64,000 nucleotides of DNA from Alphaproteobacteria bacterium (GTDB lineage: Bacteria > Pseudomonadota > Alphaproteobacteria > UBA8366 > GCA-2717185): contig JAKZTB010000036.1 of assembly GCA_047517345.1 (NCBI GenBank), forward strand, positions 1,503-65,502. Reading direction: 5' to 3'. The notes below the pieces were generated by a model. That model was given only the letters and a program-made list of their open reading frames with translations, did no database searches and was not told the origin of the DNA. Positions 1 to 9,832 of the stretch are shown here, piece by piece. The first letter of the stretch is position 1, and each line of letters starts with the position of its first letter. Both the position numbers and the translations under genes were made by a program.

Positions 1-538
1 CGTTCTCGAGGACGAGGTCAACCGCACTGTCGTGCTGATCGACCGGCTGCTGAACGAGCTTAGCGAGGATGTGTCGCGGCAGACCACTTATGTGGGGAAC
101 GAACGCCGCAACCTGACGACCATGTCGCTCGCGGTGAAGAATGGCGAGCTATACGGCACCAGCTTGGTCAACCGGGCCTTCGCGCAAAGCCAGGCACTGG
201 CGAGTGCGACGGCGCAATCGACGGGACCGGCGGTTGGCGAGCGGCCGCTCGTGGTGATCCGGTTCGATCGGCCCAACATCCAGTACCAGCAGGCGCTGTA
301 CAATGCGGTAAGCCGTGCGCTGGAACGCAAGCCGAATGCCTCGTTCGATCTGGTCGCCGTTAGCCCGAAACGGGGCAGTCCGGCACAGGCCGCGCTGAAC
401 AGCACGCAAAGCAAACGGAACGCGGAAAGCGTACTGCGCACCCTCGCCGATATGGGGCTGCCGGCGAACCGCGTGAAGCTTTCGTCGCGCGCCAGCCAGG
501 ATGTGGAATCCAACGAAGTCCAGATATACGTCCGATAA
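1..538 (+). CDS. hypothetical protein, 5'-partial (frame stays open to the window edge)
   Basis: ORF 32..538. The same frame has no stop back to position 2, so the gene probably starts upstream of the window. No family recognised. Confidence 0.5.
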   Translation, partial: VLEDEVNRTVVLIDRLLNELSEDVSRQTTYVGNERRNLTTMSLAVKNGELYGTSLVNRAFAQSQALASATAQSTGPAVGERPLVVIRFDRPNIQYQQALYNAVSRALERKPNASFDLVAVSPKRGSPAQAALNSTQSKRNAESVLRTLADMGLPANRVKLSSRASQDVESNEVQIYVR

Positions 539-560
539 CGTTGCGATAGAGGACCGGCCG

Positions 561-977
561 ATGCGGGTGAAATTCATTACCCTCGGTTTGGCGATTTTCC
601 TTCCGGTGTTCCCGGTGCAGGCCGAAGACGCCCGGCGTGCGGGTGTCTTCGACGTCATCGGCGCGCAGCTAGAGGCGTTTCAGCGGGATGATGCGCCTGC
701 GGCATTCGCCATTGCCAGTCCTGAAATTCAGGCGATGTTCGGAACGCCGGCGAATTTCCTGCGGATGGTCGCGGAAGCCTATGCGCCGGTCTACCGGCCG
801 CGCGACGTCACGTATCTCGATCTGTTAGAAAAGGACGGGCGCCTGGTGCAGCGCGTGTTGTTCACGGGACCCGACGGCAAGCAGGTGCTGGCACTCTATA
901 TGATGGCACGGCAACCGGACGGGAGCTGGCGCATCGCCGGCTGCGTACTGGTCGAGCCGACGGGGCAATCGGCATGA
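561..977 (+). CDS. DUF4864 domain-containing secreted protein
   Basis: ORF 501..977. The internal ATG at 561 gives a signal-peptide-like N-terminus ([21 protein letters not shown]). The rest resembles DUF4864 (..[18 protein letters not shown]...WRIAG). Confidence 0.7.
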   Translation: MRVKFITLGLAIFLPVFPVQAEDARRAGVFDVIGAQLEAFQRDDAPAAFAIASPEIQAMFGTPANFLRMVAEAYAPVYRPRDVTYLDLLEKDGRLVQRVLFTGPDGKQVLALYMMARQPDGSWRIAGCVLVEPTGQSA

Positions 978-1444
978 CGTCGCCGAAGGATTTTCCGGTT
1001 TCGTGGGAGGAGCTGCATCGCAACGCGCGGGCGCTCGCCTGGCGGTTGCTCGATATCGGGCCGTTCGAAGGTATCGTCGCGGTGACTCGCGGCGGTCTCG
1101 TGCCGGCGGCGATCGTGGCCCGCGAACTCGACGTCCGATTGGTGGATACGGTGTGCATCGCATCCTACGAGCACAAGGACCATGGCAACGTCAAAATCCT
1201 CAAGCCGGTCGATGGCGACGGGACGGGCTGGTTGATCGTCGACGATCTGGTCGATACGGGCCGCACGGCGCGGGAGGTGCGCAATATGCTGCCGCAAGCG
1301 CATTTCGCCACGATTTACGCCAAGCCGGCGGGCCGGCCGCTGGTCGATACTTTCGTGACCGAGGTCAGCCAGGACACGTGGATCCTGTTTCCGTGGGACG
1401 TCGAACTCGCGTACGCGGCGCCGATTTCCGGCACCCGCGGCTAA
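974..1444 (+). CDS. gpt: xanthine-guanine phosphoribosyltransferase
   Basis: The 156-aa product is collinear with E. coli Gpt ([21 protein letters not shown] loop [22 protein letters not shown]). Its ATGA overlaps the previous stop. Confidence 0.93.
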   Translation: MTSPKDFPVSWEELHRNARALAWRLLDIGPFEGIVAVTRGGLVPAAIVARELDVRLVDTVCIASYEHKDHGNVKILKPVDGDGTGWLIVDDLVDTGRTAREVRNMLPQAHFATIYAKPAGRPLVDTFVTEVSQDTWILFPWDVELAYAAPISGTRG

Positions 1445-1474
1445 CGCTGTAAGTTATATCGACCCTCGTTGGTA

Positions 1475-2356
1475 TTATCCCGCGGCGACGTTGTCGATCA
1501 GGCGGGTGCGCCCCAGATACGCGGCGGCCAACACCCGGGCCGGCCGGTCGGCATGGTCGAGCGGCTCCAGCGAGACAGCATCGCACACCGCGATATAGTC
1601 AATCGGACCAAACCCGGCATCCTGCAACCTTGTCAGTCCTTGCGCGATCGCCGGCGCACTGGCTTCGCCTTTCTCCAGCTTGGCCGCGATGCCGCAAATG
1701 ACTTTGTACAAGGTCGGTGCGATGGCGCGTTCCTCCGGTGAGAGGTACCAGTTGCGTGATGCCATCGCCAAACCATCCGCCTCGCGTATGGTCGGAACGC
1801 CGACGATTTCCACGGGAATGTCGAGATCGCGCGCCATGCGGGTGACGACTTGAAGCTGCTGATAATCCTTCTCGCCGAAATAGGCGCGATCGGGCAGCGC
1901 CTGGAGCAGCAGTTTGCTCACCACCGTCGCGACGCCGCCGAAGAAATGCGGGCGGCTGGCGCCGCACAGCCCTTCCGTCAAGCCGGAAACTGCGACGCTT
2001 GTCGAGAAACCGCCGGCATACATCTCGTTGACCGGCGGCACGAATGCGAGATCGGCGGACAACGCCTCCAACTTTGCGAGATCGTCACCCTCGTCCCGCG
2101 GATAGGCCTCGAAATCTTCGTTCGGCGCGAATTGGGTCGGGTTGACGAAGATGGTCGTCACCGCATGGTTGCAGTCCCGCAGCGCGGCCTCGACCAGCGC
2201 CAGATGCCCTTCATGCAACGCCCCCATCGTCGGGATGAGACCGACAGTTTCGTCCCGCCGGCGCCATTCCCGGACCTTGGTGCGCAGACTCGCGACGTCT
2301 CGGACAACCTCTAATGTTTTCGCCTTGCTTTTCTCAGCGGTCCGCATGGTCATCAT
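1475..2356 (-). CDS. panC: pantoate--beta-alanine ligase
   Basis: ORF 1475..2452. Carries PanC motifs (PTMGALHEGHLALV, FVNPTQF). The start was trimmed to the internal Met (MMTMRTAEK) to give a typical length of about 290 aa. Confidence 0.9.
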   Translation of the reverse strand: MMTMRTAEKSKAKTLEVVRDVASLRTKVREWRRRDETVGLIPTMGALHEGHLALVEAALRDCNHAVTTIFVNPTQFAPNEDFEAYPRDEGDDLAKLEALSADLAFVPPVNEMYAGGFSTSVAVSGLTEGLCGASRPHFFGGVATVVSKLLLQALPDRAYFGEKDYQQLQVVTRMARDLDIPVEIVGVPTIREADGLAMASRNWYLSPEERAIAPTLYKVICGIAAKLEKGEASAPAIAQGLTRLQDAGFGPIDYIAVCDAVSLEPLDHADRPARVLAAAYLGRTRLIDNVAAG

Positions 2357-2515
2357 CCATGATTTATCATCTACCAGGACGCAAGCCGTTCCAGCTATTG
2401 AACTTTGCCCGGAACGGGCGGCGGGCACAATACCTCGAATGCTGCAGAGCACAATGAAATTTGGTTTCGGCAGATTGCGGTGGGCGTTTGCGGTCTACTC
2501 CCGTAATCTCGCCCC

Positions 2516-3697
2516 ATGAATCCGATCGTCAAACTCCTGCCGGGGCGGCACAAACGCCTGAAATCCGGCCACCCTTGGATATTCTCGAACGAAGTGGCGA
2601 AGCGCGACGATGCGCCGCCTTTAGAACCGGGTGCGGCGGTCACCATCGTCGGCGACAATGGCGAGACGTATGGAACGGCGCTGTTCAATCAGCATTCGCT
2701 GGTCGCCGGCCGGCTCCTCGACGCCGCGGGCGACGCGAAAGTTGATGCGGCCTTTTTTACCGATCAAATTCGCCGTGCCGTTGCGCTGCGCGACCGGCTC
2801 TTTTCGGCGCCGTATTATCGCCTCGTTCATGCGGAATCCGACGGTCTGCCCGGCCTCGTTATCGATCGATACGGCGATGCCGTGGTCGTGCAGTGCAATA
2901 CCGCGGGAATGGATGTTCGACGGGACGCGATATTCGAAGCGCTCGACGGGATCGTCTCGCCGCGGACCATTGTGCTCCGCAACGACTCGCAAAGCCGGTT
3001 GCAGGAAAATTTAGGTCTGGAGGTCGTGACGGTACGCGGCGAGAGCGGCGTTCCGGCGACATTGCGCGAAAACGATGCCGCCTTCGTGGCAAATCTCACG
3101 CACGGTCAGAAGACCGGGTGGTTCTACGATCAACGGGAAAACCGGGCGTTCGTCGCCTCGCTGTCGCGCGGTGCCAGGTTGATCGACTTCTACGCTTACG
3201 GCGGTGGTTTTGCGATCCAGGCGCTGTTGGCGGGCGCCGCGCAGGCATTTCTCGTCGACCGCTCGGCGGCTGCCCTGGAAAGCGCTGCGCAATCGGCGAC
3301 GTTGAACGGAGTCGCCGAGCGGTGCCGCTTCGTGAAGCAGGATGCCTTTACGGAAATGGAGCGGATGCATACGGAAGAGGCGCGTTTCGATGTAGTCGTC
3401 GCCGATCCGCCGGCCTTCGTGAAGTCGAAGAAGGACCTTCACCGCGGCAGCCGCGCCTACCGCAAGATGACGCGACTCGCCGCGCGGTTGGTTGCGCCGG
3501 AGGGTATTTTGTTCGTCGCATCGTGCTCGCACAATGTCGCGGCAGGTGCGTTTGGCGATTTGGTGCGACAGGGATTGGCGGATGCCGGCCGGTCGGGCCG
3601 CATATTGCGGGCCGCCGGGGCCGGACCGGACCACCCGGTGCACCCCGCGCTGCCGGAAACGGCTTACCTGAAAAGCATTACGCTGCAACTCAATTAA
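2516..3697 (+). CDS. rlmI: class I SAM-dependent 23S rRNA (cytosine-C5) methyltransferase, RlmI-like with PUA domain
   Basis: 393 aa. N-terminus (KLLPGRHKRLKSGHPWIFSNEV) and the SAM-methyltransferase core (DFYAYGGGFA .. VVADPPAF) are typical of the RlmI/RlmK family. Confidence 0.8.
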   Translation: MNPIVKLLPGRHKRLKSGHPWIFSNEVAKRDDAPPLEPGAAVTIVGDNGETYGTALFNQHSLVAGRLLDAAGDAKVDAAFFTDQIRRAVALRDRLFSAPYYRLVHAESDGLPGLVIDRYGDAVVVQCNTAGMDVRRDAIFEALDGIVSPRTIVLRNDSQSRLQENLGLEVVTVRGESGVPATLRENDAAFVANLTHGQKTGWFYDQRENRAFVASLSRGARLIDFYAYGGGFAIQALLAGAAQAFLVDRSAAALESAAQSATLNGVAERCRFVKQDAFTEMERMHTEEARFDVVVADPPAFVKSKKDLHRGSRAYRKMTRLAARLVAPEGILFVASCSHNVAAGAFGDLVRQGLADAGRSGRILRAAGAGPDHPVHPALPETAYLKSITLQLN

Positions 3698-3797
3698 TAC
3701 GCAAACGATGCGGACGGCCGCTTGCACTCGGAAGGGTGTTCCTCGTGCCGGCGACCGTCCGCGGCCGTTCGGGGGGTGCCCTTAATGTAGGAAACGC

Positions 3798-3820
3798 GAC
3801 CGCCGGAAGGGCGGTTTTTC
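3798..3820 (+). terminator. rho-independent terminator candidate downstream of rlmI
   Basis: The accgcc / ggcggt stem has a 5-nt loop and is followed by TTTTT. It lies in the convergent gap between rlmI and the histidine kinase. Confidence 0.55.
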
Positions 3821-3850
3821 ACCGCGATGTGAACAGCTGTGTACGTTGGC

Positions 3851-5206
3851 TCACGAGGCGGGCAATGTCAGCCGGAACTCCGTTCCGCTTTCGCCGGAGT
3901 CGACAAGCGCTAAATCGCCGCCATGGTTGCGTGCCAGTTCGCGCGCGATCGCCAAACCAAGGCCCGTACCGCCCGCGCGGACGGAGCCTTCGAAGGGCTG
4001 AAAGAGTTTTTCGCGCGCCCGGGGCGGCAAGCCGGGCCCGTCGTCGCGAATTGCGATTTCGACCATGTCGCCGCACTTCTCTGCGCTGACGCTTATGTGA
4101 CCAGCGCCCGCCTCGGCGGCGTTGCGCGTCAGATTCGTCAGGACTCGAAACAATTGATCCCGGTCGACATCGACTTCCAGTCCGTTATTGACCTGGTTTT
4201 GGATCTCCGTTTCGGTCCCGGTGGTCGCGGCTATTCCTTCGGCGATATCCGCAACAAGTGGCGCGAGGGCGACCCTATCCCGCTTAAAGGCGGATTGTTC
4301 GTGCCGGACGTAGTCGAGTGTGTCACTGCAAAGCCCGACCGCACGATCGATTGCCGAAATCAAGGTTGGCGTGACCCGCCGTACATCCGGATCCTCGCTG
4401 CCTTCGAGCCGATCGGACACCACGAGCGCGGACGATAGGATACCTCGCAAATCGTGATTGATCTTCGCGACGGCTGTTCCCAATGCCGCAAGATGCGCTT
4501 TTTGTTGCAGCGCGGCGCGTAGCGCACCCTGCATGTTGGTGAGTTCCCGCTGCGCCACGCCGATTTCATCAGCCCGTTCGGACGGCACAAAGATGCGTTT
4601 CGCATCTTCGGGATCCTCGCGGAACGACGTCATGCTGTCGGTAATTTTCCGCATCGGCCGGACCAGCATCCATTGCAGCGTCAGAAACACCAGCGTGGCG
4701 GTGATCAGCGAAATGACCAGGGAGAGGGCGAGAATTCGCCATGCGAAATCGACGATGGCGATCCGGAGCGGCCGTTCTTCCGTAACCACTTCGATGACGA
4801 TGTTGGGATCCTTGGGAGAGGGGCCGGTCACCCGTAGGACCCGATCCTCGGTTCGCGTCAGGACGGCCATCGCGTCCATGACGAGTTTGGGCAACGACTG
4901 GTCGCCCAAATCGACAGTGCCCTGGACCGGTGGCGGCGCTTCGCGCGACAAGATCAGTTTCGCACCGCCGCGGCGTACATTGATGCCATAGACGCCGACA
5001 TGCGCGAGCAATTCCTCGCGAAGGCGGTCGCTGACCAAGTCCTTCGGCGCGACGTCGAGGGTCAAAATAGCCAGATGACCAGCGCTCAGTTTCTCGTTCA
5101 GCCAGGAGACTCGGAACCGCGCGACCGACGGCACGAAAATCAGGACTTCGGCAAGCATGACGAAGAAGATGGTAAGCACGAGAAGGCGCGCCGAAAGGCT
5201 CTGCAT
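3851..5206 (-). CDS. membrane sensor histidine kinase (HAMP-HisKA-HATPase_c), orphan
   Basis: 451 aa. It has an N-terminal TM segment, an H-box (AKINHDLRGIL), and N/G boxes (LTNLTRNAAEA, DDGPGLP, GGTGLGLAIA). No response regulator is adjacent. Confidence 0.88.
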   Translation of the reverse strand: MQSLSARLLVLTIFFVMLAEVLIFVPSVARFRVSWLNEKLSAGHLAILTLDVAPKDLVSDRLREELLAHVGVYGINVRRGGAKLILSREAPPPVQGTVDLGDQSLPKLVMDAMAVLTRTEDRVLRVTGPSPKDPNIVIEVVTEERPLRIAIVDFAWRILALSLVISLITATLVFLTLQWMLVRPMRKITDSMTSFREDPEDAKRIFVPSERADEIGVAQRELTNMQGALRAALQQKAHLAALGTAVAKINHDLRGILSSALVVSDRLEGSEDPDVRRVTPTLISAIDRAVGLCSDTLDYVRHEQSAFKRDRVALAPLVADIAEGIAATTGTETEIQNQVNNGLEVDVDRDQLFRVLTNLTRNAAEAGAGHISVSAEKCGDMVEIAIRDDGPGLPPRAREKLFQPFEGSVRAGGTGLGLAIARELARNHGGDLALVDSGESGTEFRLTLPAS

Positions 5207-5299
5207 CGCAACGCTACCGCGATGGCCGCTGTTTGTCCGGGAGTTCGACGCTAAGGAGCGAGGTCATCATCGGTCTCCAGAGCACGTTTGCCGAAGGAT

Positions 5300-6094
5300 T
5301 TACGAACGCCTGTTTCCCTTGAGTTTCTTATACAGGATCGGGAGTAGCGACAATATTGCCAGACCGACGAGCGCAAGAACAATATCGGTCGTAAATACGC
5401 TGGCCGGTGTAAACGTTTCACCGCTTTCAAAAATGCTTCCGAGCCCGGCACCAACCTGGACAAAAACAAAAGTTCCCGGGACGATGCCGAGCACGGTTGC
5501 GAAGAAATAGGTTTTCAGCCGAACGCCAAGGAACGCGGGCACGAGATTGACGACAAAGAAAGGGAATATCGGGATCAGCCGCATCACCAAAAGGTAGTTG
5601 AACGCGTTCTCCTGAAATCCTTTTTCCATTTTCTTCAGCCATGGCCCCATGCGCGCCTCCAACGCGTCGCCTAGGGTCGTCTTCGCGATGAGGAAAAGGG
5701 CGGTTGCGCCGATCGTTGCGGCAAACACGACATAGGTTACACCGAGAACCTGGCCGAACAGGAAGCCTCCGATGATGGTCAGAATTGCGCCACCGGGTAG
5801 CGAGAAGGCGACAGAGACAATGTAAATCAACACATAAGCGGCAACGGTCGTCGCAGCATGGTACTCGACTTGCTCCAGCAGCCAGGCCCTGTGTTCGCGT
5901 AGTGCCTCGAAGCTGAAATATTGGTCGAGACCGGTTAGGAAAAAAAGCGTGAAGCCGACAACCAAAACGGCAAGTGGCCATAGACGCTTCAAGCTGAACG
6001 GCCGTCCGTCGCCCGCCGATTGTTCCGATTGTTCCTCGCTCACGCCGTCCTCATTTTTACTGGGCGACCGTTTATTCTGCGGCACCCGCCTCAT
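5300..6094 (-). CDS. TVP38/TMEM64 (DedA-related) family membrane protein
   Basis: 264-aa polytopic membrane protein with family-typical segments (LIPIFPFFVVNLVPAF, VLGIVPGTFVFV). Confidence 0.8.
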   Translation of the reverse strand: MRRVPQNKRSPSKNEDGVSEEQSEQSAGDGRPFSLKRLWPLAVLVVGFTLFFLTGLDQYFSFEALREHRAWLLEQVEYHAATTVAAYVLIYIVSVAFSLPGGAILTIIGGFLFGQVLGVTYVVFAATIGATALFLIAKTTLGDALEARMGPWLKKMEKGFQENAFNYLLVMRLIPIFPFFVVNLVPAFLGVRLKTYFFATVLGIVPGTFVFVQVGAGLGSIFESGETFTPASVFTTDIVLALVGLAILSLLPILYKKLKGNRRS

Positions 6095-6194
6095 GTGCCA
6101 TTTATTACAGGATCGCTGCAGGCGCCAGTCACCATAGCGTGACTCTCATGCTACCGTAACGCACGAAACATGTGAAACCGGTTGCGCAGGCCGA

Positions 6195-6223
6195 TTGACT
6201 TGCCGCAATTCAGCTTTTATACA
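6195..6223 (+). promoter_or_regulatory. sigma70-type promoter candidate for rpmH-rnpA
   Basis: TTGACT (6195-6200), a 17-nt spacer, then TATACA (6218-6223), about 40 nt upstream of the rpmH GTG. Confidence 0.45.
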
Positions 6224-6260
6224 GCGCCATCCTTACGAAATCCGTAACCGGAGAGTCGTC

Positions 6261-6395
6261 GTGAAACGTACATTTCAGCCCAGCCGTATCGTCAGAAAGC
6301 GGCGTCACGGGTTTCGCAGCCGCATGGCGACAAAAGCCGGCCGCAGAGTACTGGCGCGCCGTCGCGCGCGCGGTCGCAAGCGGTTGTCCGCTTAA
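6261..6395 (+). CDS. rpmH: 50S ribosomal protein L34
   Basis: The GTG at 6261 gives the 44-aa product (M)[43 protein letters not shown], the canonical L34 sequence. The longer ORF from 6195 is an artefact. Confidence 0.95.
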   Translation: MKRTFQPSRIVRKRRHGFRSRMATKAGRRVLARRRARGRKRLSA

Positions 6396-6412
6396 TTTTA
6401 CTGTTTTAGGCA

Positions 6413-6766
6413 ATGCGAACGGCATTCGAGCGCCTCACCCGGCGTGCTGAATTCCGTCGTCTGACCCGGTCACGTCAGCGTTGTGCCACGCCGGGGCTCG
6501 TTCTCCAGACCATCGCCCAACCCGGCAGCGACGGCGAAGCGCGGGTCGGTTTGACGGCAAGCCGCCGCGTCGGCAACGCCGTTCGGCGAAATCGCGCAAG
6601 GCGGCGCTTGCGTGCGCTGGCGGAGAGCGTTATCCCTCTCCATGCCAAGCGCGGTCGCGACTATGTCCTCATCGCACGCTCGGCAACGGTGGACAGGCCC
6701 TACGCGGCACTTGTCGAAGATCTTGAAACCGCGATGAAGCGGCTCGACGTATGGCGGGACAACTGA
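6413..6766 (+). CDS. rnpA: ribonuclease P protein component
   Basis: 117-aa basic protein directly after rpmH. It carries the RnpA motif region (SRRVGNAVRRNRARRRLR). Confidence 0.9.
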   Translation: MRTAFERLTRRAEFRRLTRSRQRCATPGLVLQTIAQPGSDGEARVGLTASRRVGNAVRRNRARRRLRALAESVIPLHAKRGRDYVLIARSATVDRPYAALVEDLETAMKRLDVWRDN

Positions 6767-6767
6767 A

Positions 6768-7026
6768 ACCAACGAGCGCTGATAATGACCCCTGGAGACG
6801 GCTTGGCAAGGTTTTCCGCAAGGCGCGCGCGGCAAAGCGATGCGGTGTATCGTGAGGCGTGCGCGACGCTGTCCGAAAGCCTTGCCACGCCGCCCTTCGG
6901 GTCGCGCATGCGGCCCGGCGGAGCGTGTCGGAACGGCTTGACGATGCCCCACATCGCCGGCGCCGTCCCTCCTGCCCGACGAACCGCTTACGCGATCTCC
7001 ATGGGTCGTTATCAGCGCTCGTTGGT
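6768..7026. repeat. structured intergenic element of about 259 nt (copy 1), MITE-like or ncRNA-like, inverted relative to the copy at 15737-15992
   Basis: 30-nt terminal inverted repeat (6768-6797 vs 6997-7026, 2 mismatches). The internal cores match the reverse complement of 15737-15992. It fills the whole rnpA stop to yidD ATG spacer. Confidence 0.7.
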
Positions 7027-7329
7027 ATGAGAGTGCGTTCGATGTCTCCGGCGGTTGCCGCACTGCGGCTCACAATTCGCATCTATCAGGTCGCGATTTC
7101 GCCGTTTTTTCCGGCGCATTGCCGCTATTGGCCGAGCTGCTCGGCCTATGCGGGTCAGGCAATTGGGAAGCACGGGGCCGTGTCCGGCGGATGGCTGGCA
7201 ATCCGACGGATTGCCCGGTGCCATCCGTGGGGCGGATCGGGTTATGACCCGGTTCCAGGGGACAGTTGCGCGAACGGGCGTACGCAAAATGAGGTGACGG
7301 TGACCGAAGAAATGGAACAGCGCGTATGA
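7027..7329 (+). CDS. yidD: membrane protein insertion efficiency factor YidD
   Basis: ORF 6859..7329. The conserved YidD core ([46 protein letters not shown]) begins after the ATG at 7027 (alternative ATG at 7042). The stop overlaps the yidC ATG. Confidence 0.85.
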   Translation: MRVRSMSPAVAALRLTIRIYQVAISPFFPAHCRYWPSCSAYAGQAIGKHGAVSGGWLAIRRIARCHPWGGSGYDPVPGDSCANGRTQNEVTVTEEMEQRV

Positions 7330-9185
7330 TCGAACAAAAAAACGTGATGGTCGCGATCGTCATCTCCATCGTCATTTTGTTTGGATGGCAGTATTTCATT
7401 GAAGGTCCGCGGATAGATAAGCAACAAGCGTTGATCGAACAGCAACGTTTGGAGGAAGAGGCACGGCAGCAGGCGGCGGGGGGCTCGCCCGCCGTGCCGG
7501 GTTCGCCTGCCGCGCCAGGCGCGACCGACGCCCCGCAAGCCTCACCGAAAACCGGTTCGGATCTTGGACCCAATTTGGGCGCTGCGGGACTGTCGGCCGG
7601 CAAGACGGCTTCGGAGACTCGCGAAGCGGCGCTTGCCAAGGCGCCCCGTGTCCGAATTCAGTCGGACCGCATCGACGGGTCGATTTCCTTGATCGGTGGC
7701 CGCGTGGACGACATCGTTCTGCGCGATTACACCGAAGAGCTCGATCCTGAGAGCGACAAGATCATCTTGCTGCACCCGGTCCAGGTAGAGCGCCCCTACT
7801 ACGCGGAATTCGGTTGGATCGGCAAAGACGTGATACTGCCGACGGCGGAAACGCTCTGGCAAGCGAACGGCGTCGTTCTTACGCCCGGCAAACCGGTGAC
7901 CCTGTCATGGGACAATGGCGAAGGGCTGATCTTCGAGCAGACATTTTCGCTCGACGAAAACTTCATGATCGCATTGACGCAGCGGGTGAAGAACCAGACT
8001 GGTTCGAACCTGACGCTGACGCCGTATGGCCTGCTGTCGCGCACCGGCACACCGGATATTCTCGGGTTCTACATCCTGCATGAGGGTCTGATCGGCGTCT
8101 TGAACGATGTCTTGGAGGAAGTCGACTACGATGACGTCCGCGAAGGCGAAAAGTACGATTACACCACGACAGGCGGTTGGCTCGGCATTACCGACAAATA
8201 CTGGCTCGCAGCGCTGATCCCCGATCAGAAGGAATCCTTCAAGGCGCGCTTTATTGCCGGCAAGCGGGGCGCGCTCGATCTTTACCAATCCGACTATCTC
8301 GCGCAGCCGCGGAACGTTCCGGCGGGCGGTGCGGCGAACTACACGACGCACCTTTTCGCTGGCGCGAAGGAAGTAAAACTGCTCGATACATATCAGGAGG
8401 CGTACAGCATACCGCTTTTCGACAAGGCGGTCGATTTCGGCTGGTTCTACTTCCTGACCAAACCGATTTTCTACGCTCTCGACTGGCTGTACGACTTCCT
8501 CGGCAATTTCGGTCTCGCAATCCTTGCGCTCACGGTCGGCATCAAACTGGTGTTCTTCCCGCTGGCGAACAAATCCTACAAGTCGATGAGCAAGATGAAG
8601 CTGCTGCAGCCCAAAATGGTCGAGCTGCGCGACAAGTACGGCGAAGACAAGCAGCGCCTCAATCAGGAGATGATGGCGCTATACAAGAAAGAAGGCGCCA
8701 ATCCGGCTGCCGGCTGTCTGCCGATCGTGATTCAAATTCCGGTGTTTTTCGCGCTTTACAAGGTGCTGTTCGTCAATATCGAAATGCGTCAGGCGCCGTT
8801 CTATGGCTGGATCCACGACCTTTCGGCGCCCGATCCGCTGGGCTTGTTGACCGCGTTCGGTTTGATTAGCTGGAACGTCCCGGAGAGCCTCGCCATCGTC
8901 AATATCGGTATCTGGCCGCTGATCATGGGCATCACCATGTTCCTGCAGCAGAAGCTCAACCCGACACCGACGGACCCGGTCCAGGCCAAGATTTTCATGT
9001 TTATGCCGATCATCTTCACCTTCCTGCTGGCCCGGTTCCCGGCCGGTCTGGTGATCTATTGGGCCTGGAACAACATTCTGTCGATCTCGCAGCAATGGGT
9101 CATCATGCGGCGGCAAGGCGTCAGCGTGGGCGGCGGGCCGGCGGGGGGCACTGCGAGCGGGTCGAGCGGGGGAAAAACGATCTGA
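7326..9185 (+). CDS. yidC: membrane protein insertase YidC
   Basis: 619 aa with a large periplasmic domain and the conserved C-terminal 60-kDa insertase core (..[28 protein letters not shown]..). It follows rnpA-yidD. Confidence 0.95.
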   Translation: MIEQKNVMVAIVISIVILFGWQYFIEGPRIDKQQALIEQQRLEEEARQQAAGGSPAVPGSPAAPGATDAPQASPKTGSDLGPNLGAAGLSAGKTASETREAALAKAPRVRIQSDRIDGSISLIGGRVDDIVLRDYTEELDPESDKIILLHPVQVERPYYAEFGWIGKDVILPTAETLWQANGVVLTPGKPVTLSWDNGEGLIFEQTFSLDENFMIALTQRVKNQTGSNLTLTPYGLLSRTGTPDILGFYILHEGLIGVLNDVLEEVDYDDVREGEKYDYTTTGGWLGITDKYWLAALIPDQKESFKARFIAGKRGALDLYQSDYLAQPRNVPAGGAANYTTHLFAGAKEVKLLDTYQEAYSIPLFDKAVDFGWFYFLTKPIFYALDWLYDFLGNFGLAILALTVGIKLVFFPLANKSYKSMSKMKLLQPKMVELRDKYGEDKQRLNQEMMALYKKEGANPAAGCLPIVIQIPVFFALYKVLFVNIEMRQAPFYGWIHDLSAPDPLGLLTAFGLISWNVPESLAIVNIGIWPLIMGITMFLQQKLNPTPTDPVQAKIFMFMPIIFTFLLARFPAGLVIYWAWNNILSISQQWVIMRRQGVSVGGGPAGGTASGSSGGKTI

Positions 9186-9832
9186 CCGGGGAATTCACGC
9201 CCGAGGAAATTGAAGCGGGACGCCACTTGTTCGCCCAGCAATGCGAATTCGTCATGGGCGTGGCAAACCTGTCAGGAATGCCGCCGGACGATCTGCCGGA
9301 AATTGCGTTTGCCGGCCGGTCCAACGTCGGAAAGTCGAGTCTCGTCAACGCGCTTACCGGTAGAAAGACCCTCGCCCGCACGAGCCACACGCCGGGCCGA
9401 ACGCAGCAACTCAACTTCTTCAACCTAGGCAGCCGGCTTATGCTGGTCGACCTGCCGGGATACGGTTACGCGCGCGCTTCTAAGAAAGATGTGAACGCCT
9501 GGTCCGCCGTGGTACGGGACTATCTTCGCGGCCGTGTCGGATTGCGCCGGATCTGCCTTCTGCTCGACAGCCGGCGCGGCGCCACGCGCAACGATCTGGA
9601 GATCATGGATCTTCTCGACAAGGCCGCCGTCGTATACCAGGTCGTGTTGACCAAGGGGGATAAGACGAAACAGGCGGCGCTTGAAACCTGCTTGTCGGAC
9701 CTCGGCGCGACCTTGAAATCCCGCGCGGCGGCGTTGCCGGAAATTGTCGTCACGAGTGCGCGCAAAGGACGCGGCGTGCCCGAACTGCGCGCGACGCTGC
9801 ACGCGCTGGCGAACCCCCGACCTTTGAGCTAG
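9182..9832 (+). CDS. engB: ribosome biogenesis GTP-binding protein YihA/EngB (start codon uncertain, probably CTG 9182)
   Basis: G1 motif AGRSNVGKSS, then DLPGYGY and TKGDK. The conserved N-terminal EAGRHLFAQQCEF lies upstream of the first post-yidC ATG (9254). The only in-frame options are CTG 9182 (GGGGGA 8 nt upstream) or ATG 9095 inside yidC. Confidence 0.85.
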   Translation: MTGEFTPEEIEAGRHLFAQQCEFVMGVANLSGMPPDDLPEIAFAGRSNVGKSSLVNALTGRKTLARTSHTPGRTQQLNFFNLGSRLMLVDLPGYGYARASKKDVNAWSAVVRDYLRGRVGLRRICLLLDSRRGATRNDLEIMDLLDKAAVVYQVVLTKGDKTKQAALETCLSDLGATLKSRAAALPEIVVTSARKGRGVPELRATLHALANPRPLS

